A stretch of 64,000 nucleotides of DNA from Phallusia mammillata. Its lineage: Eukaryota. The position numbers were made by a program, and so were the translations under genes. How positions within the stretch are numbered: position 1 is the first letter of the stretch; every line of letters begins with the position of its first letter. Below are positions 33,676-48,438 of the stretch, in pieces. The notes beneath the pieces are model-generated. The model ran no database searches. It was not told the origin of the DNA and saw only the letters and a program-made list of their open reading frames with translations. The stretch covers positions 10,044,001 through 10,108,000 of the forward strand of contig OZ281499.1 in assembly GCA_965637545.1 (NCBI GenBank). Reading direction: 5' to 3'.

Positions 33676-36600
33676 ATGGCATCAGATCTTCTGCAACTGG
33701 AGGATTGCTTGGAAGACAGTCCACAGGTATTACTGGTATTTGTTCTGACTATTTGGTTCTTTATTCTGTGTGGTGTATACTATAAAGTTTACACACACAA
33801 ATGTATTTTAGAAGGGTTGTTTTGTCCTCGATTTTAAGTTTTCTTGCATAAATATGCATTTCTGGTTTTTATTTCTAAGCCCTAATAGGTCATATCATCA
33901 TGGTTTACCATTTAAAAATCAAATCCATTTATATTTTAAGTGAAAAGTTGTTTCTTGAAGATGAAACAACCTGGAAAGGAATTGTTGCATGCTCAAAAAG
34001 AATAAAAACACTTAATTTCAAAAGTATAAAGGAAGTTTCTTTAATTTGTTATGTCTTTTTATTTTAGACAAGAGCCTTGATTGGTGTGTATGAAAAAGAC
34101 TCTGACATTTTGCTTCAATATGCTCAAGAGCTTCATATTATGTGTAGAAGAGTTACATCTGCCCAGGTTGGTTTAGGTTTGTAGTTTAAGACCATTGGCA
34201 TATGGATTTGCTGTTACTTTCAATTGCCCATATTTCAATGTGCTGTTTTAATTTGTCTTAGTTGGTTATAGTATTTAAATTCATTTGTCATGTAAGCTCT
34301 TGGTACCAGGCATAGTAACAACCCTAAAATAACGCTTGTAGTGAATGTTTTGCTGTGAATAACGCACATGATTTGCCAGCACAGAAATGGTACTATTCAC
34401 ATTTATTTTTGTTTCTGTGTTTCAATGTTTTATTCATGTTTACACATTATAGGCCATGGCATTACCTTACCTGTTCCTTTAAAAATATTTTTATAACCAC
34501 CAATAACTGTCAATATGTTAGATTTGAAAGAAAAAACATTGCATTAAAACAGTTCTCTTTCATACAGCTTGAGCTTACAAATGCTACCCAGGATCTTGCT
34601 GATAAATTAAGAGACTTTCAGAGCGTGGTAAGTGATAGTCTAATATGAACAATACTTTTAACTTAGTAATTTGTTTTTTTTTCATAAAATAAATATGTAT
34701 ATTTTCAGAAATTTGTAGTTGGGAATCAAGATGAAGTAATTGGATCCACTTTGACACAACTTGTCACAAATATTGATGAGGTAAAAAAGGCAATATTTTG
34801 ATTTTTCGGTTCAGTTGCTTCAGTGTTCTTTTTTCTGCATAAAACTGCTATAAATTTGTTTTAAAGGTCTTTATATGTGTAATTGCTACTTTTTAGATTT
34901 CAAGCTATAATGCGGTTCTTCAAGCACAATTATCAGAAAGTATGGATTATCATACTTCACAGTAAGTCAATGCAATAAAGGTAAAGGGACAAATACTAGT
35001 AGTTTATGTCTTCAGATTTCTTAACAAGGACCTTAATGAGTATCTTCGCCTGAAAGCAAGCTTTGCTACTAGTGACAAACTACACGAAGAAGCGGTTGCC
35101 AAACTTGCAAGGATCTCCAAAAAGAAACACAATGAAAAGGTTTGTTTGCCTAGATTATCCATGTTTTTTTGTAAAAATGGACCAATATGTTTTAGTTAAT
35201 TAAATCATTATTCAAGGCATATTGGAAATATTGTTTTGCAGTAAATTTTAACATGTAATCATTTCTAAATGCTTTGGACCTAGAAAGTTTTAACATAAGT
35301 TTGTTGTGTGCCAGGGTGGCCATCAAGTTGTCTGTGCAATTATAAGATGGCATGATAATTCACAGGACATTATGTAGTTAGATAGAATTGTATGCAAAGT
35401 TTGCATTGTGTAAGCAAAGTAGGTGTTGTATGTTTCAATACATGTCAAAGAAAATACCAGAATATAAATACCAATTCGTAAAACAAAGCAAGAATGCAAC
35501 TTCCATTATGAGCATACATTATTGACAAACATTTCCTATTCTTAACATCAAATAATAACAAAGCACTGGATGCTGTTCAAGGCTGATCAATCCTCACTTA
35601 AAGCCAAGATGGCAACTTCCAATCTTGCCTGTTAGCAGTTGTTGAATTAAAAAGTTGCAAATGTTGATATGTGTCAAAACGCCTATTAATTATTTAGTCT
35701 CTGCCTTTTATCTGAATAGAGAACAAAATTTTTATTGGTGTGCATTTTACTTGGTTGTGGATGGTATTGTAACATTGTAGTTGTCACTTGTGCAAATTTT
35801 AACATTGTTCATTACAGTTGTTGCTACATGGCAGACTTATTTTGTTTATTAGAGCTCTCAGGAAGCAACAGATCAACTTTATGCATCAAGGAAGTCATTT
35901 CATAACGTAAGTGCTGAATATGCTTTCCTTACTAACGGGGGTTGCTGTACTGAAACTTAGGTTTGCTTGTTATGAAAAATATCAATCTTAGTGATTTTAT
36001 CTGTGTATACAAAACTGTTTAATGTTCAAAAACTGTTTCAAACAGTAACATTAAAAATATTTTACACAAAAAAGCTTTTGTCCTTGCCAGTATTGTTTTG
36101 TTTTTTTAATTTCCAAACTTTATGACTTGTATATCATACATATTGTACTTCGTAAGGTTTGCTCATTTTGTTCATTGTTTATTTATAGACATCAATGCTA
36201 TATTGTTCATGTCTAAATACTTTGCAAAACAAGAAGAAGATTGGATTACTTCGACCAGTCATCAGTTTTTTGCAATCACAGGTTAATGTTTTGTAATGCT
36301 TCTGCAACTTGAATGATTTACTGTTTTTTTTTCAATTTCACTGCCGTATGTTACTGATTTGCAAAGGATCCTTTTGTATTTTGTGTGATATATTTTTGTC
36401 AGATTGCATTCTTTCGTATGGGATCAGAAGTAAGCAAAGTTGAACTGGAACAAGTGCTAGGAAAACTTTCTTCTGATTTATCACAGTAAGTAGTTAGAAA
36501 AAATGTATACACAACATGGAACACATTTATTTCGTATGCAATCTATTGAGAGAAATATACCTTAGTTCTTAAAGGGGTACAAGTGCCTGTTGGTTGCACG

Positions 36601-39600
36601 AAGGAGTTTTAATGGGACTCCAACAAACAATTTGGCCCTTGTTCATGAATACTTCATATTTACTTTGATTAGGGGTTATAAAATTTAAATAATGTTCTTT
36701 ATTTATATTCACAACTTGATTTTTCAGTCATTTCCTAAAAAATGTTACTTTTACTTGATTGGGATTCTGGTTTATAAAATACCAGTTAGTCGCAAACATT
36801 CGTTTAATTGCATAGGGATGTAAATCCCTAACAAAGCCATACATTCAGATAATTGCATAATAAAGCTTAACAAATTGGTTTTGGATTAACACTTACAGTA
36901 TGTCAAACTGGTAAGCCCCCATCACATAACGCTTTGTAATATGCTGTAGATGCAGCACAGTAATGAACTAATGATCCATAAATTGTGCCTTGATATGTTT
37001 TGCCCACCTTGTTGTTTTAAGCTTGTTCTGCTTTTTAGTAGCTTTGTGATTGTTCAATGTATTAGTGTAACTATGTGTTCTTTCAACTTACAATAATGTT
37101 AACCTGATTCACCTGTGATACAAACTTGTAAAAAAATGATTTGGGTTGCAACAAAAATTTTTTTATTGCTTTCGGTAAAAGGCTTGAAAAAGAAACAGAT
37201 GAAACTAGGGAGTTATACGTAGAGAAGATGGACAAACTTGATGCAAACAGCACTCGTTCCTACATACCTGACCCCCCAGCATCAATGAACTTTCCTGATT
37301 TGCCAGTTGATAGGGCCCGAACCCAAATCAGTAGCTACTTATTCTACAGAAGGTATGTGGTCTCTAAGCATCCTATATCAAAATATATTAGGTTGCCTAC
37401 ATTTTTTCTTACCATTCATGAAAAAAAAAACTCAAAAGATCTAATGATAGCAAACAAGACAATAGGCATTGTGAATATTTTTCCAGAAAGTAGCTTTGTT
37501 TATATCAGGGGTGGGCAACCTTTGTTACTGTAGGGCCAATTATAAATGTCAAAATTGGATCGCGGGCCGCACATATGCATAACACAAAGTGATTTTGCTT
37601 TGTTCCTTACCAAATATGCTTAACTACAAGTATAATTCGTATTTGATTCTAGCCACATTTTGCCAGATCGCAAAAACTAGCATCAGGCGCATTAATCAGC
37701 TCAAAAATATGTTATAATTGGACTCGTTTGCCAGTACTTCTGAAATCCAAGTGTCTCTGCGGGCCACACAACCTTTAATGAAGGGTTGCATGCGGCTCGC
37801 GGGCCGCAGGTTGCCCACCCCTGGTTTATATGTTCAGATGCTAGATTACAATTAAAATTAGCTACATAATTTTGTAAAACCTTCATATAGTCATCATGGT
37901 TTGAAAATGGTTAATAAAATTTGCTAATGTGCTTAATGTGTTGTTGCTTGAAATGATATTATGACAGCAACTAATTAGAAAGACAGATGCTAGTTGTAAC
38001 CATTGCCTAAACCTGCATTAGAAAACTTATGATTCCATGTTAGTTTAAAAGAAAATGTTGTTTTGATTTGGGCACCGGCATTTTGGTGAACAAATGTATC
38101 CGTTAGAAATATAACAATTTATCTTTTGTGTATCACTCCCCCTGACCAGTGTTTGTCGATTTATTCTTCTTTCAAACCTAAATTATATGTTCTGTGTTTA
38201 TTTACAGTAGGGGTACCATCTTGTCACAATGGCATAGATGTTACTTCTTCACACAAGGTGGAAATCTAATGATGCAATCCAAAACTGAACTGGCTGGGCA
38301 GTTGTTTATGGACTTAGATGGTTGCAACGTTAACTTTGTTGACGTAGATGACAGAAAACATGCTTTTCAAGTAAGCAAAGGTTTATTTGTTTATTTGTAA
38401 AAGTTTGGATTATAGTTAGTTATCGTACATAAATAAAATCAACCCTACCTAAATTCTCTTCTTGTGCGTAAAGTTTACAGATTTTTAAAGTATAATAGTC
38501 TACGCATACTTGGCTTATCATTGGGCATTAATTTAAGATTCAAGGTACTATAAAAATTATAGCATTTGCAGTTGTGACAAATTCATCATAATCAGCGTCA
38601 TTTTTTTGTAAAAAAGGTCATGTCTTCTGATGGAAGACATTCAGTTATTCTGCAAGCTGAGAGCAAACACAAATGTGAAGAATGGATCGCAACCATCAGA
38701 AACATTGCTGCAGGATTGTATCTGCACGATAACCCAAGACAGGCAGCAATAAAGGCACTAAAGGCCCAAGGACCACCCGACGATAACCTTTCCAGTTCAC
38801 AAAGCAATCTAGAACTTGTTCCAGGCATTCCAGGTTTGACTTGTTTGAATATCAATGTATTTTTGGTCAAGGATTTAAAAAAGCAAAATTAAAGCTGACG
38901 TTAGATTTAGTTGACCCTAAATGTAGTTTATTTGCTTCGTATGAAAAACGCGAAGCATTTTAGACATGTATAGTTGTAAAATCCTTGATTTTAAAGTGTA
39001 TGTGCCACGGCACTGCACATGGTCAATATGTGATAACCATCTCTTATTTTATATTTGTTTTGAAATACTACATTATTGTTTTGATAATGCTGTTGTCATG
39101 TATAAGACATATTGACTTAATATGGCGTATTGTAAAACATTGTGCAATTTTGTTCACAGTAATCAAAGCTATATAAAGTTTTGTACTTATAGCAAATATA
39201 CTTTAAAGAGACTAATACCTAAAAAGAAAATCTTCTAATTGTCTAAAAAATAGCTGCATGATTTACACGATTTAGCCTAAAATACTGGACAGCTTGAGGG
39301 CATGTAAGCACAACAAATTTGTGGTATTTGTCAAATGTATATAATTGTAGGACAAATGGTGACACCTGAAGATCAAAAAACATCAGACGAACAACAGCAT
39401 TCCAGTTCCTTTGAAAGCAAGCACGAAAGTTTGCGCCCATCAATGTTCGAACGGCTAAAGATGGCTGCCACGTCCTTTATGGCTCCAGAGGAAAAACCTC
39501 AGAGAGAAAGTCGATCTAATTCCACCTCGAATGTTAATGAACCTAGTGAATCAAGTTTTGATGCAAAGATTGACCAAACAGAGCCTATACTGTTCGATCT

Positions 39601-42600
39601 ACCTTCACCAGTTTCGGAAACAAAGGAATTACCTAAGGTAAATGTGTTTTTTTACATTTTCGTGGTTGTGTCTTGTCTTGATATAACGTATGTGCATTTT
39701 ATAATTAAGTTTTAATTTTTGAGTATTTGATGCCAAATTGGGAAACTTATGTATTTTGCCCAAGTTATAAGTTTCAACTTGCAAGTCAAAACTCCTATCA
39801 AATACTTTTAACCTTGAAAGTATTCTGTTTAAATAGCATATAAAAACTACATGGCTTTTGTACATTCCACTGTGTACTGTGAAGGGGATTTAATTTACGA
39901 AGGCAAAATAATACTGAAAACATTAAAATGTATCTATGTTATTATGCTTATATTGCAATCTTATTTAACCAATCTCTCATAATATATCCGGTCTAAATTT
40001 TGGCAATACATTCTAAGGGTATGTTTGGCATAGGGAATGAGATGTAGCCCTTCCCAATTAATAATTCATTGCAGTTACAATGTGCAACATTATTCAGGCA
40101 TATTCATGTCGCTTGCAATTATTAGTATAACGACTGTGACTTGCTTTGTTTTAGGATGATTCGACAAACCAGACTGCTTCTGAACCTACACACCCAACAG
40201 GTAAATGAAATTTTAACACATTTTGCACTGACTGACCCAAATTAAAAAATGTTTTTTGGAATTGGCTAAAACTGAAAGTGCATTGATTGGGAAAAAAGAA
40301 CTATACAAATAAATGTATATATGTATAGGTCACTTTGTTTTTTGATCAATAGGTCTATATATATATATATATATTGTTCTATTCAAACGGTTGGTTCTGT
40401 TTGGTTAGGCATCTATTGTTAATAACATGTGTAAGTCCAAGCATGCATCAGGCTTATGTGCCATATAACAATAGATTAATGATCACAATTATATTATTTG
40501 GCATAATGTATGATTGTTAAGTATGTACTTTTTACAGAGGTGAGTTTAAGGTTGATCACACCAACCTGATTTAACCTTTTTTAAATCAGTGAAACCTGTA
40601 TGATACCGCTTCTAGAAACCTTTGTATCGTAATGTGCCAGAAAAGGAGAATTCCAACTAACAATATGTGAAAAAACGCAGTGAGATGATTTTATAACTAG
40701 TTTGTATGATAGAATATGAAAAAAACTGTAGAGTGAAAACTTACCAAAGTATTTGAAAATTATAGAAATACTACAGCAAACCTTGATTAAACGAAATTTG
40801 ATTAATCCAGATCCTCCCCTAATTCGAACAAAATTTAAGGTACAAATGATTTATAACGTGGCAAGGCTTTAACTAATCCACATTGGTTATCGTGGATCCA
40901 GATAAAAAAATTGGGTTCCAACGGGTCCGAATTATCCAAGGTTTACTGTATTTGTGCATAACATGATGCCTGACCACCCTTTTTTAATGTAAGTAAACAC
41001 CTTCTGTGGTGTTAAAATAACATGTGGACCGGACAAAACCCTTGTATTGATTAAACTGTTTTGTCTGGTGAATTTGTGACATTTGGTCAACATCTGCAAA
41101 GCACATGATATCACCCAGAAATGTGATAGGACACACTGTTAAAAATAAGAGTAAAAATCAATATGTTTTCTATTAGGAGAAAATGTGTACTGTATAACGT
41201 CTGAATTCATTGTGTGTTGTGTTCTACACTGTGGCCCTGACAGAATTTTTAAAGAGTAAGCTTTAAATCAAATGTAGATTGACAAAAATGGACAAGAATT
41301 CTTTTATTGCATTTTGTTGCGTCTGCGTAACAAACTTGCAAAAATATTATTCATTTTTCCTCACCTTTGGTTAACATGCAATCCCAGATTTAGCAGATGC
41401 CATTTAAATAATTGATGTATATTCAACACCACAAAGGGTAATTAGCATTAAAACTTTATGGACACCAACATTGGCATATTATCATAACAGTCAAGTCTTC
41501 AGCTTAACACATAATGTCATTTGTGTTTGCTTTGTAGCTGCTTCGGACACGAACCAACCAAGACATAACCCATTCACTTCTGAACAACCAGCAGTAATTG
41601 ACACTGATGAGGCAGCGTTTAAGGCAATGTTTGTGGTGCGATTTCTAGGCTGCAGAAGGGTAAGAACTGATGTTATTTGTGACACTCATTTTTAGTGATG
41701 GGACGGGTACCCGGTACTCGGTACTCGGTATCGATGGTATCGAACGATTTCAGTGGTATCGATACTCGTACTCGGTATCGAAATATTTTGCCTCAGTTTT
41801 CGATACCAACGTGCGAGTACCAAAGGCCGATTTACACCATAAGAATACGGGGAACTTTATGCCAATATTTGCTTCGGACAGCACAAAATTGGAAAAAAGT
41901 TCCGCCAGTTTACGTATAATTATCTTTTTCGCTATCACGTGGAGATTACATTTTTCGGCATGTGTGTGTGCACGCCTGTACCCCGACCATGGCAGATAAA
42001 TAAGCCAGTGATATACAACTAAGTACAACACTACTCCTAAGTACTCGGTAATCGTACTCGGTATCGAAGGTATATACATGTGGTACTCGTACTCGGTATC
42101 GGTACTCGCTTCAAAACCTGGTATCGTCCCATCACTACTCATTTTATGTTTTTGTAACCCCTAATTATGTGTCTGTCTTTTGGAATGTTGTAACCTTTAT
42201 TTGGCAAATTACATGTTTGTGTGTCAAACCCTGTAATACATGGCTAAAATTAGCTGTAGACTTGTGTGAATTTTTTTAATGCTTTGTCAAACAGTGTATA
42301 AGGAAAGAAAAGATCTTTTGTAATGACCTACAGAAGGGGCTTTCCACTGTGAAAATCTAAATCTGAAACAACAGTAGACTCTTTTTTGATATTCATTGTT
42401 CTATGTCTTGTTTGTAACTATTTTTTGTGTTTGTGTTTTTAACATACAAATTTGTCATGTGAGCTCGCATATACAGTAAACCTAGGTTAAACCGGTAAAT
42501 CTGGAAATTCGCCTAATTCCGACAAAACTTGAGGTACAAATAATTTGTAATGTACTAAGGCTTGAACTAATCGACTTCAGTTAATCCAGATCTTCACCTA

Positions 42601-45398
42601 GTCAGGACTATTTTTGGGTCGAAACGGGCCCATACTAACTAGAGATGTACCGAATATTCGGTTTGCCGAATTTATTCGGCCGAATCGGTCATTTTTGCAA
42701 AGATTCGGTTTCGGCCGAATAATTTGTTGCGATTCGGCCGAAACCGAATATTTTACGAACACAAATTTAAAGCGTTAAACATGTCTTTTCTGCTCATTAA
42801 GGTACCACGGAATCTTTCAAAAGCCCAAACATAACGAAAATCGCGTCAATTTTTATCTTTTTCAACACATTATCGTTTTTCCCACTGTAGTCAAAAAATT
42901 AGTAATTCATTGGCAGGTTGCCAATCATGCTTGAGGCAATTTTACACCCCACAGAACTGAAATGAGGACGAAACACGACTATTCTGCACTAGTTGCCTGG
43001 TAGATGAACATTTTTTCATGTCTAACGCGTAGCGTACGACTTCGCGTGACGTCATAATTGATTCGGTTGATTCGGCCGAATTTATTCGGCAAAACCGCCG
43101 AATATTCGGTTTCGGCCGAATCGAAATTTAGACGGTACATCACTAATATTAACCAAGGTTTACTGTATTAAGCATCATGTACCCATTACGTCTAAGGTTA
43201 ATTGCACATCAACAATCCACAGGTTGGGGAAGATGCCCACTTAGACAGCTCAATTGCCGAAACCATTTGTCACGTGATGGCTGCACGGGCCTATCACAAG
43301 ATGTTCCGCATGAATGAGCTCCATCTCGCCATTAGTGACTGCGCCGTTCGTCTGGTTGATCCAGCTACTCAGGTATGTATAACTTGCTTTGGACTCTATT
43401 ATAAAGCTTCACAACGTTGCGATTAAGCTTCACAACGTTGCGCCTTAGTCCCTTGTATTTTCGCTGTGATCTTAATTTGTGTTTTTGCTGTGAGATTGAA
43501 TAGTCAAGTACTGTACAACCTAGGGATGCGCCGAGCCGAGCCAGAACCCGAGTACTCGGTACCGAGCATCGCTGTTTTTAATGCTCGGTGCTCGGCCGAG
43601 CAGTTGCACAAACTGACCCGAGCGTTAAATTTGCATATTCATGCACTGCTAACATATGTAACTAGTGTTCTAAAGGGTGTCTTTAAACAAAAACGAATGA
43701 TTTTTCAAATGGACTAGATGGTGGAAAACGCGTACTTTATGGGCATGTACAGCTTAATAAAACACAACCGGTGACGTAAGAGGCCTTGTAGAGCTAAAAC
43801 GTAAAAAGGGGATTTTTTGTGACGTCATAATGCACCGAGCGTGCTCGGCCGAGCATTAAAGTGAGATGCTCGGTGCTCGACCAAACAGAACATTTGCAGT
43901 TTTGGCACATCCCTAGTACAACCGAAATTTTAAAGTCACTTTAATTGCCCAAACAGTGAAAACTTACGTAAAGTTGTCTCCGAATACTGATAGCGCTTGT
44001 AAAAGTGTACCAAAAATATAACGAAAGAGGCTATCTGTTTTTGGTCCATACCAATGTTTCCCCTTTAATGTGAGTTATAAGCGGGCCGAAAAGTTCTAAC
44101 CCTACCTGAACCTGAAAGTATAAGCCCGGTCCGAATTCGAGTCTTTTTTGATAATAACGTATAGGCCCGAAGGTCTGTTGGGCATTTGGTTTTGTCCAGT
44201 AACTAGCTACTTATCTAGGTAACGTATTTATACATATAATTACGTAACGAATTGTAAAGGCAGGTCTGAATCAAACCTATTTGTAAAAAAAAACAAAGGG
44301 AATATTAGTACTTATATCTAGCCGAATGTAGGCAACATTTGATGTTTCCAGGAGGTGTTGGTTTCATAGCTAGGCGTCTTGGGTAATTCGTGCAACTCTC
44401 ATAAGCTGTTTAACTAACATATGAAATGTATCTTGTAGTTCAACAGAGAGAGTTTTCCGGCTTCTTCCGTTCTTCGTGCTAAGACTCTAGCTGACAACCC
44501 ACGCCTCCTTGGCTTCATTGTCAAGCAAGTTAACACGTCACAACTTATGTGTTACACGTTTGAGAGCAATGCTGATGGTGATGATGTGTGCTGCGCTATC
44601 AACACTGCAAGGGTTATGGAACAGAGCAAGGTACTTTGGCAATGTATTACTAATGTTTTTCACGTGGGATTCTATTATAAAGGCGTTTACACTAATACAG
44701 GATATTTTTGTGTGACAAGGTATTTTCCTCTGCTAGGCTCCGTTCATATAGGCAGCGACCGTTAGAACTTTGAGTCATTTGGGCTCCGCTTTTTTATCTT
44801 AAGATTGTGAGACAATTTCGCATACTTAGGGATCGTGAATCCCAATGCGTTCATAAGACGATGGTGGTCAATTGCCCTCGCAATTTTGTCGTTTGCTCGG
44901 TCTTATAGTTAATGATATGACTCCAAAATATTTCTAATTTGAGTCGACAAAAGGTACTCTTGTAAGACTAAACTTGGTCAACTATTGTAAAAAGAGATGT
45001 TATACTTTCTTGGGTTCAACTTTGTTTTGACCTTTAGCAATCTATTGTATAAATCAAGCTCTTCTGGCAAATGTATTTTTATTCCGACGTTTCGACGTCC
45101 TGTACAGGTCGCCTTTATCACGGTAAATAACGAGTATATTAACATGATATTAATTTTGCCGAAAAAAAGGTATCACAAACTTAGATAACTGTAGCCTATA
45201 GGCTACTATTTAAAAATAGCAACTTGTGACGTCACAATGCCTATTGTGCAGATCGAACACGAGGAAAATTCGAAGCAACGTCAAATCGAAAACGACCTGG
45301 AAGCACAAAGTCGTATGATCGCAGCGTCGGAAACGAAACCGCCCGAAGCTGAAACACAAGAAGAAGTTGATAGCAAGGAAAGCGGCGACGCTGCCTGA
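33676..45398 (+). CDS. APPL1: APPL (DCC-interacting protein 13) adaptor, BAR-PH-PTB, 731 aa; co-orthologue of vertebrate APPL1/APPL2
   Basis: 18 exons in phase: 33676-33726, 34068-34166, 34568-34627, 34709-34780, 34897-34961, 35016-35139, 35853-35906, 36189-36281, 36403-36485, 37182-37352, 38208-38370, 38617-38833, 39351-39637, 40155-40200, 41538-41659, 43223-43372, 44439-44630, 45252-45398 (sum 2196 nt). Recognised motifs LEDSPQTRALIGVYE, YFFTQGGNLM, EEWIATIRNI, NPF, FVVRFLG, VMAARAYHKMFRMNE, NPRLLGFIV, CYTFESN. Confidence 0.94.
37506..37823. mobile_element. hAT MITE (CAGGGGTGGGCAACC TIR)
   Basis: Perfect 15-bp TIR, TSD GTTTATAT. Confidence 0.93.
40774..40948. mobile_element. Tc1/mariner-like MITE (TA-CAGTAAACC family)
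   Basis: TA|CAGCAAACCTTG...CAAGGTTTACTG|TA; homologous to 42474-43165, about 51630-51845 and about 53780-53950. Confidence 0.8.
41693..42137. mobile_element. hAT MITE (TAGTGATGGGAC TIR) with GGTACTCGGTATCG subterminal repeats
   Basis: TAGTGATGGGACG...CGTCCCATCACTA, TSD CTCATTTT; begins 34 nt after an APPL donor site. Confidence 0.93.
42474..43165. mobile_element. Tc1/mariner-like MITE hosting a nested hAT MITE
   Basis: TA|CAGTAAACCT...AGGTTTACTG|TA; interrupted by 42640-43145. Confidence 0.85.
42640..43145. mobile_element. hAT MITE (TAGAGATGTACCG TIR) with TTCGGCCGAA repeats
   Basis: TAGAGATGTACCG...CGGTACATCACTA, near-perfect TSD ATACTAAC/ATATTAAC. Confidence 0.88.
43521..43915. mobile_element. 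hAT MITE (TAGGGATG TIR) with CTCGG/CCGAG repeats
   Basis: TAGGGATG...CATCCCTA, TSD GTACAACC. Confidence 0.92.
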
Positions 45399-46756
45399 TT
45401 GGTTGGTTTGAATTCAAACAATGCGAATTTGCAATCTCTTGTTTCTTTTGATGGCAATTTGTAGACTGTGTGCGCTGTAGCGAAATCATACAGTACAAAA
45501 AGACTGAATTTGTGAGTACAGTACAAATGAAAGTTATGAAAGCCCGTTTTATAAATCCAGTTTTTCAATTTACAGCTTAAACTTTATGAAGGTAAAAATA
45601 TTTCTATATCTGTTGCTCGTTTATTTGTGCCCTTTTTTCTTACAGCTTGTGCATAACTTAGCACCCTTAAAATTGATTCTAAAAATTACGCATTTTGCCA
45701 TTTTTTGCATAAAGTTTGAACTGTATCTTTTCATCTCACATTTCAGTATTTATCTATTTACCCAAATGGTAATTTTCTGGCCATAAAAAACGATGTATTT
45801 AATCAGAGTATTACACTATTAACTTTTAAATGTATTAGTAGTAAAACGTGTATAACAACTTGTTTTTAAAAAACATTTTCACAATTTGTGAGCAATTATG
45901 GTCGAATTTCTTTACCTTGCCCCGTACTATATATTTTGTAGCGGGTGGCTTTTTTGTGTTTCCTTAAAACAAGCAAACAATGCAATCAGTTTCAAGTATG
46001 TGTGTTTCTCTGTATTTGTACAGTTTATTAGTTTTGCGCTAAAATCGACTCCCTAAGTGCAAAGGGATAAAAGATATAAGTTTCATAATTTATACTGTAT
46101 ATTTCCATGTCTTTTTGTAAACTACTTAATGTTTATCATAAAGTAAAGATAGTTTATGTTCAAAATGAGCCTTTATAACGTACTTTAAAATTTAGGGCTT
46201 TTTGAAGTTAAAATTTTGCCCATGTGTAATAAGCGATTTTCTAGCCTCGTACACCCTTAAAAGCTTTTTCCTAAACTTTTCTTGTTTTAGTGTCAAACGC
46301 AATTTCATCTCGTGTAGCATGCTGTTACGTTTCCATCTCTGTATCAATTTGCCGTGCAACTCATATACTTACGACGTATCTATTCCAGCAGATGCTTGTA
46401 TATATTTTTCGTGTCCAAAGCTACTTTTTTCGCAAGCAAAAAAAGCTGTCGATTTTGGGTGATATTTTTTACAAATAATGAGCAACAGATGACAGTCAAA
46501 CCATACGTAATTGTATCTAAAAGAGCTGCCTATTTATTTATACTTGGCTTCTTTAGCTTGGAAAAAGTGGTAACTGATTTTTGTCGGCAAAAAGCATTCC
46601 TACAGTATAAGTTTCAAACAGTGTGTATGCCTGTTATGGGCAGAGTTGTCAGCTGACCCGAATTGGAATTGTTTCTAAGAACCCCATTTAGGCCCGACTT
46701 ACAGCTCTGGTTCTGGTAGAAATAAAGTAGAAAAGATGGCAGCTATACCATTAGAC

Positions 46757-47208
46757 CAGGGGTCACCAAACTACGGCCCGCGAGGTCATTTCATCCGGCC
46801 CGCGACAACATTTTTTGGTTTGCCAAATCGTATTGATAACTTTGCAACATTCAAAAATTAATCTACTTCTTACGAAAGTTTTCCTGTCGCGATATGTGGA
46901 ATACAATATTGCTTAGTTTGATAGGATTACAACGCCCAGGATTGTTCCCCGTTACGTCACAGACAAGACTACAAGTGTCAATTGTGCGCAAACAAATGCC
47001 TTTTTTTGTTAATTGTAACGTAATATACAAGCATTGCTCGTAAGAGACGACCTATACAATTTAACAGTTGTAACACCAGATTTTAAATTTGTAGAAAGAC
47101 CATATCTTGCCGCACCAAGAAAAATTAACTCTCGGGCTAAGTTTTGAAAGGCGGCGCTAGGACATGTAAACTATGCGGCCCGCAGTGAAAAAAGTTTGGT
47201 GACCCCTG
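46757..47208. mobile_element. hAT MITE (CAGGGGTCACCAAACT TIR)
   Basis: Perfect 16-bp TIR, TSD CATTAGAC. Confidence 0.93.
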
Positions 47209-48438
47209 CATTAGACGAAAGAAAAGCCGAACAAAAGATCCGAATGAAAATTGCTCATTAGTCATTAGTTGTTTTGAATCTTTGCTCCAACTTTCTTGGT
47301 CTGAGACTTGCTTTTGGTAAATTTTCCTAAAACTGACTTTGAAGCCCAGCAACAGCAAACCTTCACTTTGCAGCTAAATATAAAAAAGCATAAAGCGAAA
47401 TGGTGAACAGTGTTTACTGGGGTTGTTCCTTAGACTTGCACGGATAGATCGAAAAACACGTAGAGCGCGATCAACCACACACTCGAACACTAACAAGAAG
47501 AAAAACAAACAAACGACAAAGAACACACAAACAGACAGATGGGTAGAAGAGGCACATGAAACGTAGAACGCTGCACAAAACGCCCGCTGGGTTATAACAC
47601 GTTGAAAAATTTGTAGCACTTCTATAATAAACGAGAGAGGGTCAAAGTGAAGAAGAGATTTCGAGAGAAAAGTGAAAAAGGCACGCTTAGTTGTGAAAAA
47701 GGCGAGCACCAGCTTGAAGGCGACATGCTCATGTCTCGGTTTTGTTTTGCAGTGAAGGAATGGCAACTAAACCGTTTTTTACATATAATAGGCAGCTGAA
47801 TAATGCAATATTTGTATTTAAGGCAGGATACTTCACTACTTATTTGAGTTTTTTTCGAAATATAAACTAATTTAAACCGTGATGGCTCAAATTTGTTCAT
47901 TTTTTCAGCACATTTCAATGATGAATTCCGTTAACTTATTACAAAACCATGATATAATGCCTTTGAAAAGTGACAAGTTGCTTCGATTTGGCATAGCGTA
48001 GCGCTCATGAAACGCAAATATATGCGCAAACATACCATCCTTTTATAGTACTGAACCGAGTCTATAAACATTTCAACAAAAATATTAGAGTAGAAAAAGA
48101 TATAATTTAGAACGAGCTGGAGTAAATATTTCGAATGTATAACAACAACATTTATTTAGTTTTGTGATATTTGGTGGTAAAGTTGTGAATATGATTGTAT
48201 GCCACAGATATAACCATCCTTGGGGACCGGTGGCTAAGTTCATGGTAATATTTTGGGGACATTTCAACCTTGACCCCATTTTAACCATTGGGTCGCATAA
48301 ATTACATAAATTAGCTCGCGTAGGGAACGCAAAGGGCGAAAAATTAAGTCGAGGTCGACAAAACCAACATAGAGAACACGTTTAATGGTGCAGGAAAATG
48401 ATCACAACGCTGTTATGTGCTTTGTTGTATATATTTTA

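Noticed and set aside
40356-40374. (AT)n microsatellite and other short tandem duplications (about 2765, 43405, 54680)
   Set aside because: Ordinary slippage repeats with no evidence of function.
41700-41780. Short periodic repeats GGTACTCGGTATCG (and TTCGGCCGAA at 42660-43125) superficially like an array
   Set aside because: Subterminal repeats within TIR/TSD-bounded hAT MITEs; no spacer structure, and the window is eukaryotic, so not CRISPR.
47374-47766. 130-codon hydrophobic minus ORF starting right after an AG, candidate second tail-anchor exon
   Set aside because: T-rich strand depleted of stop codons by composition, weak acceptor, and no resemblance to a tail anchor; more likely 3'UTR of the SLMAP-like gene.
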